The translations under genes and the position numbers were made by a program. A stretch of 64,000 nucleotides of DNA from Takakia lepidozioides (Eukaryota > Plantae > Bryophyta), in the NCBI GenBank assembly GCA_030704615.1, contig CM060732.1, positions 40,176,001 through 40,240,000 on the forward strand. Reading direction: 5' to 3'. Positions 27,091-39,044 of this stretch are shown piece after piece. The notes beneath the pieces are model-generated. The model was given only the letters and a program-made list of their open reading frames with translations, did not search any database and had not been told where the DNA came from. Every line of letters starts with the position of its first letter. The stretch's first letter is position 1.

Positions 27091-28251
27091 AGCAGGTGCT
27101 GCCCTCGATCGACCGCTGCCACGGCACCGGCAAGTGCCTGATCTAACCAGTTTCCATTTTTCCTCTTCCTTGGAGTTGCTCGTTTGGGTCAGCCACCCCA
27201 ATATCGAGCAGGTGCATGTGCAGGTGCAAGTGTTGCGTTGTCATTGGAGTTGGGTGGTTCTAGTACATCATGTTCAGCCAGTGTAGATGGGATCAGATCT
27301 CGTATGTTAGTATCACCATTAGTATCAAGACCTTGTCCAACACTGAATTCATGTACACCGCTCCACGGATCTTGGGCCCATTGGAAATTTTGATCACCAT
27401 CTTCACTTTCAGTCGTATCGTCATGTGAATGTCTGTCATTGTACTTGTCTGAATCATGCTTTGAATCAGGCTCTGAATCGTTGGAATCACTATTTGCAAG
27501 ATGAACAATGTTGCTCTCTCCATCTACCTCACTATCAGGAAGCAACTTGAATGCCTGAGAAGGCATGTAATTCAAGTCCATGACCATGGCTCCACTCCAA
27601 ATCCCCCTTCGTCTCTCCTAGTTGACTTGAACACTATAGCAGGCAACACAAATCTAAAGATACTCGATACTCAACAAATACATTTCATTGATCTAAGTAA
27701 GTAGGTTGACGGCAGATGATACAAAGTGAGCAGCCGGCCAAAGTGAGTAGTGGGCCCCATGCATGTAAGTTGTAGGGGCGCTTGATTGAGTTCAAATCGA
27801 TTGAGTTCAAAATTTGAACTGCGCGGCTACTTTCTGCAAATGAACCAGCCGTCGTCTAGTATTGAAACCAAAATCTGCCCCATAACTGCGCAGCCACTTT
27901 GTTTAAATGAACCAGCCGTCATCCACTATTGAAAACAAAATATGCCCCATCTCTGGTGGGATTGTTTGGTAGGTGATTAATTATGTGCAAATCGTGCTTA
28001 GTGTAATCTGCCAGCTTTAGTGATAACCATGCAATTATAAATATAGTAAGTACATGAATGCGTTGATACTGGGTCACCAAACTACCATATCTGTAGGCAA
28101 TTATGGCCTTTGGTAGTTCCTAAGCAAATCAATGAAATCTGTTGATCCAGTCAAGGGCATCAGTTGTCACTTTTATGTACAAAAATAGGGCTCCATTCAA
28201 GGTCACACACACATTTAGGTGATGATGCATCACCCTTGGTTGGCGACCATG

Positions 28252-29921
28252 GGGGATTGCTAGTCCGTGAGCGGCTCACATGAGCGGAAAGATGCGTGAG
28301 CGGGAAGATGCCAATCCGAGATCGGAAAGATGCTCACGTAATAGGGTGCATGGGCCTACAATCGCGGATGAGGAAGCCCCGAGAGACCTGTTTCTGCGGG
28401 AATGAGTGTACATATAATGCGTACTTGGATGACCCTGGATGACTGTTGGATGAATGTTGATGAATAATGGATGAATGATGGTTGAATAATTCATGAATGG
28501 TTGAATGCGAGATGGCTGATGGATAGACATATGCTTCGCAATGCATGAACAATGGATGAGTGGATGGTTAAAGACTGGATGTATTATCGAGGGTCATCGC
28601 AGGTACTTCCCCGGAATGAAGATATGGTAGATGTACCTGAACCATACATTCAGAAAACACAGATGCAGCAGGTGCTTGTTAATTCCCATTAAACCCCCTT
28701 GTAATCAATGTCGCGTTGATGCAAGGTTGATCCCTGAACTTCCTAAAAGACTAAAAGACACAAAACACTAAGCAAGATGAAGATTTATTTCCCGAAAGAG
28801 GCAATTGAAATCCATAGCATAATCAAGGTTGTGTTGACGCAACCTTGATTGTGTCCCATACAAAATGTAAAAAACAGTGCAAAAATGATGTTTTCATTTA
28901 TCAAATCAAGGTTGATTTGCATCATGCGACTTCAATTTTTTTTTTGGGAAAAAGTATGCTTTCATTTCTCAAATCAAGGTTGTGTCAACGCAAAGTTGTT
29001 TTGCATCTTGCGACTTCAATTTATTTTTTTCTTTTATCTATTGTTTTTGGAAAAATGATGTTTTCATTTCTCAAATCAACCTTGCATCAACGCAAGGTTA
29101 ATTTGCCCATACAAAATGCAAAAAATAGTGCAAAAAGGATGATTTCATTTCTCAAATCAAGGTTGATTTGCATCCTTCGATTTTTATTTTTTTTGGTTTT
29201 TTTTGGTTTTTTTGTTTTTTTTGGTTTTTGTTTTTGAAAAAAAATGTGTTCATTCCTCAAATCAACCTTGCGTCAACGCAAGGGTTGATTTGCATCTTGC
29301 GTTTTGTTTTGTTTTTTTTTTTTTTTGGAAAAAATGATGCTTTCATTTCTCAAATCAACCTTGCGTTGACGCAAGGTTGATTTGCATGACCACCCAAAAA
29401 ACAAAAACATAAAAAAAACAAAAAAACAAAAAACAAAACCGTTATCATCCACTTCCATCCAGAAATCAACCTCACGTTGACACAAGGTTGATTTCAAGTC
29501 CTCGGCAATCAACCTCGTGTTGACACAAGGTTGATTTCAAGTCCTCGGAAATCAACCTCGTATTGACACAAGGTTGAGTTCAAGTTCTCCGAAATTAACC
29601 TCGTGTTGCTGTCATCCATGCTTCATTCATCCATCTTTTGTCATCCTGCATTCATTCATCCATTCCATTAATCCTTAAGAATTTCGCCACACATTCCTCT
29701 CAAATTTTCATGCATGGAACTCGACGTCTTAGGTCCCAGGCATCGTATGTTACCCTCCGTTCCACTCAACATTGCCCCCACGACAGTAGGTCCTGCTTTT
29801 CTCACGGCTATAGGCTTTGCTTCCCTTATGTGCTCACGCTTAAGAGATCTGCTCATGCTTAACGAAGTATGCTCACGCTTAGTGCGCTAAGCGTGAGCGC
29901 GCTCACATGCTAGCTTCCCTC
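28252..29921. mobile_element. Non-autonomous Mutator-like element with an internal palindrome array
   Basis: Perfect 9-bp TSD GCGACCATG (28243-28251 and 29922-29930). Imperfect TIRs G..GCTAG...GTGAGCG.GCTCAC, with inverted GGATGAATG/CATTCATCC tracts inside them. Confidence 0.8.
28700..29610. repeat. Array of palindromes AAATCAACCTTGCGT(TG/CA)ACGCAAGGTTGATTT separated by A/T tracts
   Basis: Perfect 15-bp arms at 29352-29383, plus many variant or half copies. Confidence 0.85.
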
Positions 29922-30850
29922 GCGACCATGGTTGCTTTCGCTCCATATTGGTCACTCCCACCGTCTCTATTTCTTTGACCTTCAAAATTTCCCAAACTAC
30001 GGTTGTTGGGTAGCACTTATGGAGCATCATTGCTCCATTGCAATATTTCATGTGTCATCCCGTTATGCTCATGTTGCTATACTCATTGTGTGCAGGACAT
30101 GGTGTGTGCATGTTTGAGATGCTAGCATGTATCCATACGGTTATGATAGGTCAGATCCGAATTGAAATGAATCCGGGTTTCACAATGGGAATGAGGGAAC
30201 AGACCCAATAATGATTCCAGTTGCACGTGGATGTTGGCAACAAGTGCCAAGGCCTTTGATCAAGCCTACACTCTTGAGACAACGCCAACTGAAGTTAGCA
30301 TGGGACTTCATTTGGTTCCATATAGGTGACAACCCGCATTTAGGATGTGGGATGGGTTTTTTCCCACGCGAGGGTTGGGAAGGATATATTTTTCTAGTAA
30401 TAAAGCAAATCATGGAATGAAAAAACTGTAATGCTATGGAAATCCTTTTAGCATGAAACCACATCATATTAAAAAACAACCACAAAACCCTCCCAAGTAC
30501 AATCACTTAAACATTATGCAGCCATTCGGTTCGTATTGGGCCTCGGTTTTTAGTACAAATACAAATCTAAACAGTTTAAAGAGTTACAAAAAATTGCAAC
30601 ATAGTACAATATTTGCAAAAGTAGAGTAGAGTAGTGAAGTAGCAGATATCTAAATTACAACGCTTTTAAAGAGACCATTTTTCATAATTTTTTTTTAATA
30701 AAAGGTAGTTGAAAAGTGAATCCATACCTAAACTGCGGGTTTGGGATTGTAGGCATAAATTTCAAGGGGAAGATGAGTGTGTGTTGAACATGTAGGATAA
30801 TGAACCTCTTCGGCCTCACTCCACACCAGAGCCTCAACCGCTGTCTAATC

Positions 30851-31628
30851 CAGTGTTGGACCGGTATCATCAACATTTCATACCAGCCAAGGTATGGTAT
30901 TGTCGGTGAAGAGGCCTCTTTCATACCTGGCAGGTAATGGTATCAAGGTAGATATTAAGCTTTTAATGTACTAGTCTGGTATGTATATTGTTTTTGTTTG
31001 GCCTGGTATGATATGGTATCAGTATTTCAAATTTCAAATCTTATATTGGGGGTATATCAATACTGGTAGCAATATAGTTATTTTTTATATTATTTTTTTA
31101 ACTGAAAAATAAAAATCTGTCCAAATTATACTGCTGAGGTGAGCACTTCAGCGGCTGAAGTGCTCACCTCTGCGGATGAGTGCCACAATTCATAATAACA
31201 AGGAGCGGATCTCACCTTAGGTAATTTGAGGTCACCTAACAAGAGTTATATTACAGGCTGATAAATGAGACAATGCTCCCAGCTTAAGCAGATTTTTGAA
31301 TGGCAAAATCAGAGCCCCCAAAATCGCCATTCAGATCGTCTCAATCAAAGAGCCGCAACTCTCCATTGCTGCACCCTAAATCCTTAACGCGCCACATATT
31401 GACACCTAGGGTGTAAGCGACGGCGGAAGACATAGTACTGGTATCAACAAAGCTGCATTCCTTGCGATACCAAGTTGGTCTGGTAGGAACCCAGGTATTA
31501 GCGTTATACTATATTGCCCCCAATATGTTCTGCCCGGGGTTTTGCCAGTTGCTTATACCCGCCTGGTCTGGCGATACCCTTACCCGTGCTGATACCCCGC
31601 CTCACCCTCATATACCGGTCCAACACTG
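30851..31628. mobile_element. hAT MITE (778 bp)
   Basis: Perfect 17-bp TIR CAGTGTTGGACCGGTAT and perfect 8-bp TSD GTCTAATC (30843-30850 and 31629-31636), with subterminal GGTAT/ATACC repeats. Confidence 0.95.
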
Positions 31629-31910
31629 GTCTAATCCGAAGTGACTCCTTCAATGCCTCCTCAATAACCTCAATAACCTCAATAACCTCCTCCGCTATTG
31701 CAGATTTAGCCTGTCAAAAATATGAGCGTGCTTTCATGAAGTAGGAGCACTGAAACTTCTGTGAGAAATACTAGCTCACATCAAACATCTTATCTACAAG
31801 TGGATGTCAGCTAGTGATGGATATGTAATTAGTGTCCATTGAAGTTGGCTTCCAGTTGCAATTACACATTATCTTTGGACCAGACAATGCATAAAAATAT
31901 AGAACCATTT

Positions 31911-32217
31911 TGTCGTGCGCATACATATCGCTACACAACTACATCGTTGTCCAAAACCACACAATATATGTGCACACCAAACACTAGTCTATCACTAGTC
32001 CACCACTAGTGCACCACTAGGCTGCCACTAGACAACCACTAGTCACCACTAGTATAGCCACTAGTCCACCACTAGGCTGCCACTAGCCACCACTAGTGCA
32101 GCCACTAGTCCAACCACTAGGCTGCCACTAGCCACCATTAGTGCAGCCACTAGTCCACCACTAGCCACCACTAGTGCAGCCACTAGTCTATCACTAGGCT
32201 ACCACTAGCCCATCACA
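31911..32217 (-). repeat. Probable 3' LTR, mostly a CCACTAG tandem array
   Basis: TG...CA ends (TGTCGTG / CATCACA), next to a G-run PPT (CCCCCC at 32222-32227 on +). No second LTR was found. Confidence 0.6.
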
Positions 32218-32458
32218 ATCACCCCCCTAGCTGGCGCTTAGGTCCCTCTGAGTCTAGGTAGCCACAAGATGCGATAGTGGCCATAGCCTCACTAAGTCCT
32301 CCACCACTGTCCATACTACACTCAAACTCAATAGATCAAGAGGCCGGGTACAAGAGTTGCCCCATCGTTAGTCGTCGTCTTGCAACCTGTGAACTTGAGC
32401 TTGAGATCTTGGGTATTGACTCCTATGAGCTTGGCCTCCCATGTCTTGTGAACTGCCA

Positions 32459-32610
32459 CTATCCCAAGCAGTGTGGACATAACCAATCTCCATCAGGAAC
32501 CCTCTCAAGAGGTGGTGTCAAGCATCCCATGTGCCAACCTCTTGAGCATCGATTACACACCAGCATAGTGGCGGCACCACGAGCATGCCCACATAGCATG
32601 CAACGCAATC
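32459..32610 (-). other. PHD finger at the C-terminus of Gypsy pol
   Basis: CMLC...MLVCNRCSRGWHMGCLTPPLERVPDGDWLCPHC is a canonical C4HC3 PHD. Confidence 0.92.
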
Positions 32611-35600
32611 CTGCAGGTACCACTACAAGGTTGGGATCTATCCTCCCATCCACATGTGGAAGGTGACATGACGCACAATTACGCACATGGTCCTTCCTCG
32701 ACCTTCCAGAATCAACACTCCTGAAGGCAACACCTCCCTGACCCTTAGACTCACACGTCTTGCTGTGACATCCAAGGTCGTAGGCGCTGTCTGCTGCAGG
32801 TACACATAGTCCCAAGGGTGGAAATGTCGAACACCTGGCCGATATCCCCCTCCACGTATAGTGGCATACCTCAATGTGTCTCGGTGTTGGGCAATATCAA
32901 GATTCTCAAAAGCCATAGGCATGACTCTCTTGAACAACTATGTCCGCTGGGCACATGTTTGTGTCCACACATCCGGATCATCAAGGTTGAGGACTACTGC
33001 AGCCTCCCTGCGAATAGACGCAGGCAAATCTGGCTCTCGGCCAAAGAGAAGGAAATATGGTGAGAAGGAGGCAAGTGATGCTTGCTTGCTAAACCTGTAG
33101 CCCATGGCTAGCCAAGGTACCTGAAGATCTCAATCTCCTAGGTGTTCGTTTTGCAAGCCATACTTGCGCAAACCCCTCTTTACCGTCTGCACCACTCTCT
33201 CTGCCAAGCCATCGGCCTCAGGATGTCCCGAGAAGTGGTACGGTGGTCTATCAAGGCTTTATCACACAAAGCCTGAAACTCCCCCAAGAACTCTCTCCCT
33301 TGGTCCGTAAGTACCTCAGCTGGAGCACCGAATCGGCTAAATACACGATCCAGGAATGCATACGCAGCCCCCTCACTAGCCTTGTCAGGCAATGGAACCA
33401 ACTCAATCCACTTGGAGAAGTGCTCCACCATCACCAACACATATCTGTGGTGACGCATCGTCAGTGGCAAAGGCCCTGCGAAGTCAAGACTCCACCCGTA
33501 GCCCAATCCCATGATGGGTAATGGATGCAACTGTGGTGTAGGGGCATTGAATGAAGCATGCACCCTGTCACACACCATGCACCTAGCCACAAACTGTTGC
33601 ACCTCTGTGTGCATACCACGCCACCAATACTGCCCCTGCAGTAAACTATGAGTACGTCGCACTCCAAAATGCCCCAACTCCTCATGGGCATGCTGCACTA
33701 ACCGTGCACGCTGTGTTGGGTGAGGCACGATCCTCACCCGACCATCCTCCCACACTCGAAGCAGGTGTATCCCCTCCCACTTGAACCTCTTGACTCGTTG
33801 CAGGATCCGATCCCTCTCCTTGGCAGTCACACTAGCTGCCATGTCTCCAGTGCGGAGGTAGTCCAACACAACCAAATCCTCATGTATATCTCTGGCACCA
33901 CCTAGCTCATCTCTAGCCTCAGGGTCCTCAAACACTCCGTCTACAGCCATCCCTATTGTAGGTCCAACCTGACCTCCCGATGCCAAGATACACAAAAAGA
34001 CAGATGCATGTCATCCCGACACCATCTCCTCGTCCGTCTCACCATGCCACCGAGCTCCAGTGTCATCCTGCTGGCTCGTGCATGGATTGCGACTCAATCC
34101 ATCCGCATCCATATTGACCGAACCCGGTCGATGCACAACCTGAAAGTCATACTCTTGGAGTATAAGTGCCCACCGTGCAAGCTTCCATGTAAGCTTGTCT
34201 GACTCCATCAACCACTTGAGTGGCTGGTGATCCGTGACAAGGGTGAAGAGATTGCCGTATAGATAACACCTGAAGTGTGCCACGGCCCACACTGCAGCTA
34301 AGCACTCCCCTCATATGAGTTATACTTAGACTCTGCAGCGTTGTTCGAGCGGCTAGCATAAGCCACTACGAACTCTCTTCCCTCATCATCCACCTGTGTG
34401 AGCACCGCTCCAAGCCCCAACATGCTCCAATCTGTATGCACCTGAAAGGGACGCCCCCTGATAGGTCGTCTCAAGATCGGCGCCGAGGTCAACCTTGCCT
34501 TGAGCTCCTGAAAAGCTCGCTCTTGCTCATCTTCCTACTGCCACTCCTGGTCTACCTTGGTCAGCTTGGTTAGAGCCTTTGCAATAGCACTAAATCCCTT
34601 GACAAACCGTCTATAGTAGTTTGCCAACCCCATGAAAGCTCGAACTCCGCTCACATCCGTGGGACGTGGAATCTGTGCGATGGCCTCTACCTTAGTCTGC
34701 TACACCCCCAATCCTCCATGATATATCATGTGGCCCAGATACTTAATCTGGTTGTGGAAGAACTTGCACTTCCCCGGATGTAATTTCAATCCGTGCGCTC
34801 TCAAGCGCTCAAACACCACCTGAAGGTATCTCTCGTGCTCCTCCACCGTAGCATTAAAGATGATGATGTCATCTATGTAGCATCGAGCAAAGTCCACCCC
34901 TGCTAGAATCATGTCCATGACTCTCTGGAATTCTGCAGGAGCGTTCTTAAGCCCGAATGGTAAGAATCGCCACTGATATAGGCAATCCTTCCCGTGCTCA
35001 TTGATCCCCCAGAATGCCGTCTTCTGCTTGTCTGCCTCCTTGATCGGCAACTGGTGATATCCGGACCGTAAGTCCAAAGTGCTAAAGACCTTGGCATGCC
35101 CAATGACATCAAAGATCTCCTCCGGTGTGGGCATGGCATACTTATCAGACTTGGTCTGACGATTTACAGGCCGGTAATCACCGCACATACGTCTCTCCGT
35201 CCAATTGCCATAGACATCTTTCTTGGCTGGCATCACCGTGGCTGAAGCATCCTCTCCACCAGAGAGCTCCACCAAACCAGTCTCCCAGGGATCTTGAGTC
35301 CTCATCTGAATCAAAGACCTCTCCATGTCACTGTATCTATAGGGTCTCCGAAAGATTGGCGTGTCCGTGGCCAACTCAATACGAATCTCCTGACCCTTCA
35401 ATGCTCCCAAATCCTTCAAACTGAAGGCAAAGCAATTTATGTAAGCCCTCATGAACCGCCGTATACGTCGTCTCTCTCCTCCAGTGACAATGGGTCCAAT
35501 GTCAGGCTCCTAATTGCCCTCCGTAACTGCAACCTTAAGTCCAGTAGACTTAGAGGTAGAGGACGCGTCCCGTGGTTGCTATGCCGCAACCTCTTGAGCA

Positions 35601-35899
35601 GTACTCCCTACCTGCTCAGTCAATGACAAGGCCTCATCCTGCCCCATCATCTCATCCTTGAGGACCTCCTCAACCCGAGAAGAATCCCCAACCTCATCCA
35701 TCACAGCCGCCTTGGCTGCCAACTCTCTCTGAACCTCGAGCACCTCCCACGTGTGCCATGGATGTCTACACCCCGTGGTCCTCACCGGCTCGCCCCCACT
35801 CACTGCCTGTACCGTCTCGGTAGGCAGAGAGACCGTCAAGGGAAGTGCACTCCGCACTCTACGTTGCTCAGCCATAGCCAAGCTGATAATCCAAGCAAT

Positions 35900-36830
35900 T
35901 TAGCAATAAAGCAATTTAGATCCATTGCTTGCCCCAACACCTGGCGACGTGATGCCTCAGAAAGAGAAGGCATCGCCGTGGTCCCAATGGAAAAACCCAT
36001 AGCCCGCTCTCGCTTGTCGGCATTAGACTCCACTAACTGCTGGAACTGAGCATCCCACAGGAGGCCAGGTCCACTATCCCGGAAAGCATGCGATCCTGAG
36101 AAACTGAGCAGTGTAGGTAGTGCTGCTCGTGGTTGACCCACCTTGTTGACCACTGCCAAAGGCGGACGGTCATCGTGTCTTACACCCTGAGACTGCCTCA
36201 TTGTGTCCAAGATGCTATCCACTGTGAGGTGTGTTGGCCGCTGCACCCCATCAAATGCACGCTTAAGCAGTGTGGGTGGCATCAAGTTAGTCCACCATAG
36301 CCGTGGACGATGAGCCCGTGACCCCACTACAGCTGTATCCAGCAACACTGCTCACCCAAGCCACGACCGGACTTGATGCACACTGGCCATCACCCTGGCC
36401 TGAGACTTGCCCATCAGTGGCACATTCTCCAAGATGTATGCTAGAGATACAACTTGATGAAGCTATAAGTGGTACAAAACCCGCACCATCTCCCAAAACA
36501 GACCCGACCTCGAGTCTCGCAATCCATTGCCATGCCCGGCTGATGAATGCCCTGCCACTACCAAATCAATAGAGCCAACCCGCTCCAAATCCTGCGCCCC
36601 CAGCAAAGAGAAGTCTGCTGGCAAGGCCTGCTGATATCCACGAACCATAGACACCGGCAACAACTCAGGGTACTGCTGCACCAACTGAGCAACATGGCAT
36701 AGGGAGATGCGTTGTGTAGTCTCATCCCTCTCTACATACAAGTAACGCTGTACTCGTACACCTGCCTGTAGAACAGCAGCCAACCCGGTGCTGATCCCGT
36801 CAAACAAGTCCAGAAGGCAAATGCCTTCAT
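35900..36830 (-). pseudogene. DNMT3-like C5 cytosine methyltransferase domain within Gypsy pol
   Basis: Motif I LLDLFDGISTGL; II YVERD; IV IDLVVAG (PC missing); SGLFWEMVRVL; VI YILENVP; VIII AHRPRLWWTNL; IX-X ERAMGF...SRRQVLGQAM. All lie in one frame, broken by two stops. Confidence 0.88.
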
Positions 36831-39044
36831 CCGGACACGCAACACGATCGGTGTGGTGTCCAATGGTGACAACTGAGGTGGTCTTGGTACAATCCCCGCA
36901 CTGTCCTCCTCTCCTGACGGTACAAAAGCCTCTACCCAGGCTTGTTGCACACGACAATCAGCAACCCGATGTAAATCCTTGCTCGAGCCCCACAATGGAG
37001 CGTGAGCAACCATGGCAGACAACTCTGCCATGCCATACATGTCATCCTGCTCTCCCAGAGGTGACACATCTTCTGAATGAGTGTTGCCATCCAACAACTC
37101 TCCAAGCCAAGTCACTGCAGCTGTGAATGCTGCCAGTGTTGGTATCTTGCCACGCTGGGCAACCGCAACTCCTCCTATGAACGTCACAGGGAGCTGCACA
37201 TGCCGGCCCTCCCCTAACTACCATCCAGGCCTATATGAAGCTGACTCCTCCCAAAAATCTAGGGTGAAGCCCATGGGATACAACACTGCCCCACCAACAA
37301 GGACATCGTATGAGACCGCGTCTGTCACAATGGCCTTGGCTCTCATCATTGAACCATCTGTAGGATGATCCGGCTGTAGTCTGATAGCCAACTCACGCCG
37401 CGTCATGCCCCGAGCTTGTTTTGATCCTCCCAGAGATGTCTGTATCTGGAAAGGGCACGGCTCCATATCCGCCTCCGTGAGGCCCAAGCCTGCAACAGCA
37501 GCTCTGCCCAGCATCAATGGCTGAGCTCCCGAGTCCAACAAGACTCGCAGTGGCCGGTACCTCTTGCCTGCCGGTCCACACAAATAAAAAATGTCATCCT
37601 GGTTGTCTAACATGACAACTCTAGGTGTCACCATGGCGCGTTCAATGGCTGGCCTAGCTGGCAGCTCTATCAACCTGGCAGCTGCAGCTTGCCATGGTGC
37701 CGCCGTGGCAGTCTTGATCCTCACATCCGAGGATCCCTCCGGCACTACACCTCCCACTATCTCCGCAGAAGATGAAGTAACCACCCCACTCTCACAGAGT
37801 GTCGCTGCTAGCCTGAACACCTCAGCTGGTCTTACCCCTGGCGTCGCAATCATGGTAGCCGAGAACAATGGAGCCTGGCACACAGCTATGGCCGCCCCCA
37901 GCAACACTCTAGCTGCCGTAGCCTTGGCAACACTAGGTAGTGGTGCTGCCCGTGTAGCTCTCCCCAATGGCATAGTAACCTCCGCCTCGGTAACAGTCAG
38001 ACGAGAACTAGGTGCCATGGACGGCGTCAACACTGTCTCCGCCAATGTGAATGACTGAAGAAGCCTGGCCTGACGGCTTGCCTCCCCATGTTGTGGATCC
38101 AACTCCACCTCCGCACCCCGTGGCTCAGGAACTCGTGCTGCTCTTCGAGTCACTGCCGCAGCTGACTCCACTTGTACTAGTGGTAGTCCCGCCCCGCACA
38201 TAGTGGTAGTGGTAGTGCTACCCGACACTAGTGGTAGTGATGCCCCACCCATCGTGGTAGTGGTAGTGGTGCCCCACCCATAGTGATAGTGGTAGTGGCA
38301 CCCCTCACTAGTGGTAGTGCTGCCCCGCACATGAATCCCATGCCTCCCATGTTTCCTCCCTCAGGAGCACGAGGTGGACCATCCAGCCTTGGAGCCGGTA
38401 CCACCTGAGCTGTGGCCATGGCAGCGAGTCTCTGCTCTAGCTGCTGAAGCCGGTTGGCCATGCCTTGGTTACCACCCTAACCTCCGCATCCTTGGCCATG
38501 TTGAGCTTGCCCTTGGCCTGCACCTCGTGCCTGGCCACCTCGTCCTCTCTGGGCTGCTCCACCTCGCCCCCGGCCACCATTGTAGAATAAATGATTAACA
38601 AATCAGAGGTTTGGTAAGAAGTGGGTGGTAACGTTGTGACTAGGTGATATGCATTACAGGGATGAGGTTTGGGATTCAATTCGTCACATTGAGTAATTGA
38701 ATGTGCAATTAATGTACTTTTTCATCTCCAAGATCCTCGCTCCGCTCCCATGTTCCCAGTGTCCACTCCTCTGTCCCCTCCTTGTTCTCAATCTCGCTCC
38801 CCTATTCCTGGTCCCCATTCCCTTCCTCGCCCTATGGGAAGTGGCTTGCTCCCCTGTTCCCGCTCCCTGTTCCTCTCTTTGCTCCCTGTCCCACTATAGG
38901 GTTGTGGGTAGGGGAGCAAAATTGGAGAATGTTTGGGAACATGGTCCTAAGGTGGGGAGCATGAGGAGAGAACATGAGGTGTGGAGTCCTCCCCATCTTC
39001 CCCGAGCTCCGACCAACGGCCCCCACCCTCTCACACAGCTTGCC

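Larger units (their letters stand above)
31911..38580 (-). mobile_element. Ty3/Gypsy LTR retrotransposon with DNMT and PHD domains; 5'-truncated, decayed
   Basis: Order on the minus strand: gag-like region, protease (VLLDSGAQ), C5-MTase, RT (RMCGDYR, LDLRSGYHQ, LPFGLKNAP, YIDDII), RNase H (VHTDWS, TDHQPL), integrase (H..LGH, C..C, DFAGP, TDQGREF), PHD, PPT, 3' LTR. Confidence 0.92.

Noticed and set aside
35900-36830. Host DRM/DNMT3 gene or bacterial restriction-modification methylase
   Set aside because: It is intronless, collinear with and embedded in Gypsy pol, has no UBA domains or permuted motifs, and has no partner endonuclease.
38580-39040. 5' LTR of the Gypsy element
   Set aside because: It has no similarity to 31911-32217 and no PBS was seen; the element appears truncated.
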